Shown: piece after piece, positions 59,727 to 64,000 of the stretch
Position numbering within the stretch: the first letter of the stretch is position 1
How the letters are laid out: every line of letters begins with the position of its first letter
DNA from: Nannocystis bainbridge
Lineage (GTDB): Bacteria; Myxococcota_A; Polyangia; Nannocystales; Nannocystaceae
Assembly (NCBI RefSeq): GCF_028368995.1
Contig: NZ_JAQNDL010000001.1
Location: 1,376,001 to 1,440,000, forward strand
Direction: 5' to 3'
DNA: 64,000 nucleotides
The notes under the pieces: model-generated
The model's database searches: none
The model's input: the letters and a program-made list of their open reading frames with translations, nothing else
Told to the model about the DNA's origin: nothing
Program-made: the position numbers and the translations under genes

Positions 59727-60455
59727 ATGCACTCTTTTTGCTGGTACGAGCTCCGGACCACCGACCCGACCGCCGCGCGAACCTTCTATATCGATGCCCT
59801 CGGCCTCCTCGCCGCCGCGGGTGACGCCCGCTGGCGCCTCGCGAGCGGCGGGCCCGAGCTCGGCGAGTTCGCCCCGTTGCCGGCGCAGGCGGCCGCCCGC
59901 GGCGCTCCCGCGCATTGGCTCGGCCACATCGCCGTCGCCGACGTAGCGATCGCGGTGCAACGATTCGTCGCTGCCGGCGCGAGCCCGCTGGGGCCGACGC
60001 AGACGCGCCCCGACGGCAACCTCGTCGCCCCGCTGCGCGATCCGCTGGGAGCCGTGCTGGCTGTCACCTCGCGCCCGCCGGCGACGGCGACGCTCGCGTG
60101 GTGTGATCTTCACACCGGCGATCCCGCTCGCGCCGCGGCGATCTACGGCGAACTTTTCAACTGGGCACCGAAACAGCAGCACGACCTCGGGCCCGCGCGC
60201 GGCAGCTATCACGAGTTCGCGTGGCAGCCCGACGGTCACAGCGTCGGCGGCATGTCGGACGCGGCGCTGCGCCCGGGCATCCACACCCACTGGCTGTTTC
60301 ACTTCGCGGTCGACGACCTCGAGCTCGCGCTGGGACGCGTGCGCGGCGGGGGCGGCCGCGTGGCCGGCGAGCCGCTGCGCGGGCCCGGGGGCGCGCGCGT
60401 GGCAGTTTGCGAGGATCCGCAGGGCGCCGCCTTCGCCCTCCACGCGGCCACCTGA
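59727..60455 (+). CDS. VOC/glyoxalase family protein (tandem domains)
   Basis: FCWYELRTTD...FY, HWLGHIAVADV, DPLGA and DPQGAAF motifs. Confidence 0.9.
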   Translation: MHSFCWYELRTTDPTAARTFYIDALGLLAAAGDARWRLASGGPELGEFAPLPAQAAARGAPAHWLGHIAVADVAIAVQRFVAAGASPLGPTQTRPDGNLVAPLRDPLGAVLAVTSRPPATATLAWCDLHTGDPARAAAIYGELFNWAPKQQHDLGPARGSYHEFAWQPDGHSVGGMSDAALRPGIHTHWLFHFAVDDLELALGRVRGGGGRVAGEPLRGPGGARVAVCEDPQGAAFALHAAT

Positions 60456-60651
60456 CAGCAATTGCGTGACGGCTCGATGCGCCGCTCCTGGATCGAGGTC
60501 AACCTGCGCCACGCCCCGCCGACGAAGCGGCCTTTCGACTCGCATTGACCCACGTGAAACTTGCTGTGAACCCGCGAACGAGCCGCAAACGAGGAATGCA
60601 CGCAGCGCTGCGATCGAGTCAGGCCGCTCGCGCCACGCGTCCCCGCGCCTC

Positions 60652-61137
60652 TCATCCGCCCGCCGCGTGGCTCGTCGCGTCGCTGCCGCGGGCCCACGGC
60701 GGCGCCGTGCGGACCGCCAGGTCGCGCTCGGCGAACCACTGCTCGATCGCCCGGCGCAGCGCGGCGGCCTCGTAGGCGAACCACCGCTGACGCACCGGCG
60801 GCGCCGACAGCAGCGCCTCCTTGAAGCGGCGGAACGGCCCGCGGCCCTCCAGCGCCCGCAGCAGGCGCTCGCGCAACTGCGGGTCACCCACCTCCTCGCG
60901 GGCGAATCGCTCCATCCGCTGGAACCTCTCGTGCGTCGGCAGGCGATCGATCTCGAGGTAGCGCTGCGGCGCCGCGTCGATGCGCTCGCGCTCGCCGGGG
61001 TCGTCCTCGAACGGCCCGGTGACGCACACCTCGCCCGTCACCGTATCGTAGTAGGCGCGGTTCTCCGGGTCTGCGCATTCGAACGCGAACTCGATGGAGT
61101 CCCAGTCGGGCGCGGGGGCGTCGGCGGCGAGGCGCAT
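60652..61137 (-). CDS. UPF0158-family protein
   Basis: YYDTVTGEV, MERFA, ALEGRGPFRRFKEAL and RWFAY motifs. Confidence 0.88.
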   Translation of the reverse strand: MRLAADAPAPDWDSIEFAFECADPENRAYYDTVTGEVCVTGPFEDDPGERERIDAAPQRYLEIDRLPTHERFQRMERFAREEVGDPQLRERLLRALEGRGPFRRFKEALLSAPPVRQRWFAYEAAALRRAIEQWFAERDLAVRTAPPWARGSDATSHAAGG

Positions 61138-61228
61138 ACCGGGAGGGTCGCGCGATAACGCGCGGCCCGTCAAGGAAATTGCGCGAACTCGCGCGAAACT
61201 GCGCGAACTCGCCCGCCTGACGCGTTAT

Positions 61229-62857
61229 TCAGCGCGCGCGACCGCGGCGGACCACGGCCCGGCGCGGGCCCTCGGCGGCCTGCCGGAGCACGTGCAGGTC
61301 CGGCATCAGCGGCGGCGCATTGTCGGCACCACCCGCCTCGATCGGGCACAGCCACGGCAGCATGTCGCCATTGTTCGTCGCCTCGACCGCGAGCCCGGCG
61401 AAATTCAGCTCCCCGTCGGACGCCGTCGCCAGCTCGCCCGCGATCGTCAGCGCCGCCGTCGGCACCGTCAGCACGATCGCATAGCCGTCCGGGAACCCGC
61501 ACGGCGTCTTCACCCCCGCCAGCGCGGTCTGGTCGGTCACGGCGATCATCACCTTCGACGGCGTGTTCAGCACCGCCGAGAAGTTCAGCATCACCTCGGA
61601 TTGCTGCGGATCGGCCGCCAGATAATAGAACCCGCCGACCCCGAACGAGCCGGCGATCCAGTCGAAGCGGACCGCCACGCGCGTGTACGCCGGGTCCTGC
61701 ATCCGCGCCAGCATCGGCTCGATCTCCGTCGCCACCGCCGCGTTGCGCTGCGCCACCGTCGTCTGCGCCGCCGCCTGCACCGCCGGCTCGTCGGCCTGCG
61801 GCGCGGGCTTCACGTGGGCCAGCAATTGGTCGGCGGGCGCCTCCCCCTTCTCGACCGCCAGCTCCCACCCCGGCGCCCCGGCGCGGCGCAGCAGCAGCCC
61901 GGCGACCACCCCGAGCTCGTAGGGCTCGAGGTCGCTGGCGAACCGCGAACCGTCGCTGACGAACAGCCCGTCGGGCAGGTGCGATCGCGCCAGCGCCAGC
62001 ACCTCGGCGTCGTCGGACTCGCACCCGAGCTCCGCGATCGCGCTCATGATCAGGCTGACGTACTCGGCCGAGCCCTCGGTGCAATCATAGCTGCGGATCG
62101 CCTTCATCTCGGCCGCGTGCTCGGCCTGCAGGCGCGCGTGCCAGTGGGCCGCCGCCGCCAGGCCGTCGCCCTCCGCGACGATCTCTGCGCGCAGGGCCTG
62201 GACCAGCTGCCGGCGCAGGTAGCGGGGCTCCCACGGCTCCGGATAGGGCGCCGAGCGGCTGCCCATACCCGTCTTCCAGTCGTCCTGATCGGCGAGGAAA
62301 TGGAAGCCCTCGTGGAACATCAGCGACGCCGCAAAATCGGGCCACAGGGTGCCGCCATTGCTCACCCACCAGTCGTTCTGCGACTGCGTCTGATCGAGCG
62401 AGATGCCGAGCGACCTGACCCCGTCCAGCTCGCCGACGTTGAAGTACGACTGCCACTCCGGCGGCAGCGCCGCCAGCGTTCGCTGGGTGACGACCGGCGG
62501 TTTGCCTCCGCCGCCCTGATCGTTCCACACCCACGCCAGATCGTCGGCCAGCGACGTCAGCACCACCTGGCGCTGGCGCAGGTTGCCGGCGATGTCGGGC
62601 CACGCGCGCTCGGGGCAGCCGTACATCGCCGTGTCGAGGGCCGCCAGCAGCTGCTCGACGCGGGTCTTCGGCGGCTCCGCTTCGGGCCTGTCCTCGGGGA
62701 CAGGTATGTCCACGCTCGTCGCCCCCGGCTCGGCCTCCGCGAGCGTGCCCGCCGAATCGGTGATTTCGGGCATCCGTCCCCCGGAGCCGTCGACACAGGC
62801 GGCGAGCGCCGCGCTGGCGACGATCCCGACGCCAAAGGTTCGAGTCGCTGCGGTCAT
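61229..62857 (-). CDS. Lipoprotein with HExxH motif (putative Zn metallopeptidase)
   Basis: LAAC lipobox; FHEGFH and downstream EGSAEY. Confidence 0.72.
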   Translation of the reverse strand: MTAATRTFGVGIVASAALAACVDGSGGRMPEITDSAGTLAEAEPGATSVDIPVPEDRPEAEPPKTRVEQLLAALDTAMYGCPERAWPDIAGNLRQRQVVLTSLADDLAWVWNDQGGGGKPPVVTQRTLAALPPEWQSYFNVGELDGVRSLGISLDQTQSQNDWWVSNGGTLWPDFAASLMFHEGFHFLADQDDWKTGMGSRSAPYPEPWEPRYLRRQLVQALRAEIVAEGDGLAAAAHWHARLQAEHAAEMKAIRSYDCTEGSAEYVSLIMSAIAELGCESDDAEVLALARSHLPDGLFVSDGSRFASDLEPYELGVVAGLLLRRAGAPGWELAVEKGEAPADQLLAHVKPAPQADEPAVQAAAQTTVAQRNAAVATEIEPMLARMQDPAYTRVAVRFDWIAGSFGVGGFYYLAADPQQSEVMLNFSAVLNTPSKVMIAVTDQTALAGVKTPCGFPDGYAIVLTVPTAALTIAGELATASDGELNFAGLAVEATNNGDMLPWLCPIEAGGADNAPPLMPDLHVLRQAAEGPRRAVVRRGRAR

Positions 62858-62980
62858 GCGATTGCAAGGGTCACACCGCCGGCGAGCTTGTCCAGGCGCC
62901 GCGACGACCGCGAGGCCCCGCCTGTCGGCTCCGCCACAACGCCGCCCTCGCCGCCCGCGCGCGGCGCTCGCAGCCCGCGC

Positions 62981-64000
62981 TCACCAGCTGTGGTACGGCA
63001 GGATCGCGTCCTTCGTCAGCGCGTAGACCCGCTCCGGCTGGCTGGCGAACACCAGATCGCGCACGTCGCCGCCGGGGCGCTGGGTGGCCCACAGCACCGC
63101 CCCGTCCTGGTCGATCCGGAGCACCCGGGTGCGCGACTGGTCGCCGTCGTGCTCGCCGACGCCGACGAACATACCGCCGAACGGCTCCGCCTCGACCGGC
63201 CCGGCCCGCACCGACCAGCCGTCGGGCGGCGCCCACTCCTGCCACCACAGCTGCGCCCCGTCGGCCGTGGCGAACATCGCGTAGCCGAGCAAGCTGTCCT
63301 GAGGGACATCTCCATCGAATTGCGTCAGCGCCACCGCCAGCCCGGTCTGACCGGTCACCACCACGTCGGTCGGCAGCGCGTGCGCGTGCGTCGGCGCCGG
63401 CAGCATCACGTCCCACAGCGGCAGGCCCTCGGGCGACAGCGCCTCGAGGAACAGCTGGTCCGACGCATCATCGTCGGCGTGGCGCTCGCCGACGGCGTAG
63501 ATCGTGCCGACATCGTCGATCGCCACCCCACGATAGCGCACCGTCCAGCCGACCCCGACCGGCGCGTCGTGCTGCCACATCAGCGCGCCCCCGCCGTCGA
63601 AGCGCAGCACCCACGCCCCCGCGCCGCCGGCCGCGTGGTTGCCGACGACCGCGATGTCGCCGCCCGTCCACGCCAGGTCGGTGACCGCGACCGGCAGGTC
63701 CACGTAGTCGGTGAAGAACGCGGTCGAGCCGTCACCGCCGACGTTCGCCAGCCACATGTGCCCGCCCGAGCCCGGCTCCTGCGCCTCGGTGTCGACGATC
63801 CCCGCGACCACCGCCTGCCCCTGGATCCCCTGGGCCTGCAGCGGCGCCCGCCCGTGCTCGCCGGCCCACTCGGTGATGTCCCAAAAGCCAGGATCGTCGC
63901 CCCCCGGCAGCGACACCTCGAACAGCTGCGCCGCCGTCTGCCCCTCAGGCCCGAAGTCCGCCAGCGCGCGGCCGACGATCATCGCCGACGCGTCGAGGAA
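62981..64000 (-). CDS. Hypothetical beta-propeller-like protein (5' truncated by window edge)
   Basis: Repeated 'DxxGxxxW' strand motifs; frame open to window end. Confidence 0.7.
   Translation of the reverse strand, partial: FLDASAMIVGRALADFGPEGQTAAQLFEVSLPGGDDPGFWDITEWAGEHGRAPLQAQGIQGQAVVAGIVDTEAQEPGSGGHMWLANVGGDGSTAFFTDYVDLPVAVTDLAWTGGDIAVVGNHAAGGAGAWVLRFDGGGALMWQHDAPVGVGWTVRYRGVAIDDVGTIYAVGERHADDDASDQLFLEALSPEGLPLWDVMLPAPTHAHALPTDVVVTGQTGLAVALTQFDGDVPQDSLLGYAMFATADGAQLWWQEWAPPDGWSVRAGPVEAEPFGGMFVGVGEHDGDQSRTRVLRIDQDGAVLWATQRPGGDVRDLVFASQPERVYALTKDAILPYHSW

Noticed and set aside
54433-64000. Genomic island integrated at the tRNA cluster
   Set aside because: No integrase, no duplicated tRNA 3' end seen, and GC and gene style match the rest of the window.

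Overview
Very high-GC (about 70-75% by eye) chromosomal window from a myxobacterium-like organism. Many Thr-rich lipoproteins, Ser/Thr kinases, an FHA protein and a eukaryote-like MFE-2/SCPx pair suggest Nannocystis/Polyangia (inference). It holds about 45 credible CDSs: a partial UvrD helicase, a stand-alone bacterial histone, tsaE, an M1 peptidase, an RND pump, ugd, Lhr, an MbnP-cytochrome c-MbnH trio, a low-GC orphan AIPR gene, a kinase/pseudokinase pair, a peroxisomal-type beta-oxidation cluster and cls. It also holds three atypical tRNAs. The strongest unexplained signal is a dispersed repeat family: tandem arrays of a degenerate 14-bp palindrome (TGTCC-N4-GGACA, junctions reading GGACATGTCC), with cores almost always exactly 14 bp apart. 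They occur at more than 20 loci, mostly just after stop codons but also in-frame inside genes, and no transposase or cas gene is present. Secondary highlights are the Bd0055-like histone and a 31-codon Asn/Glu-rich leader ORF upstream of tRNA-Glu/Glu/Asn. All calls come from reading motifs by eye; no searches were run.
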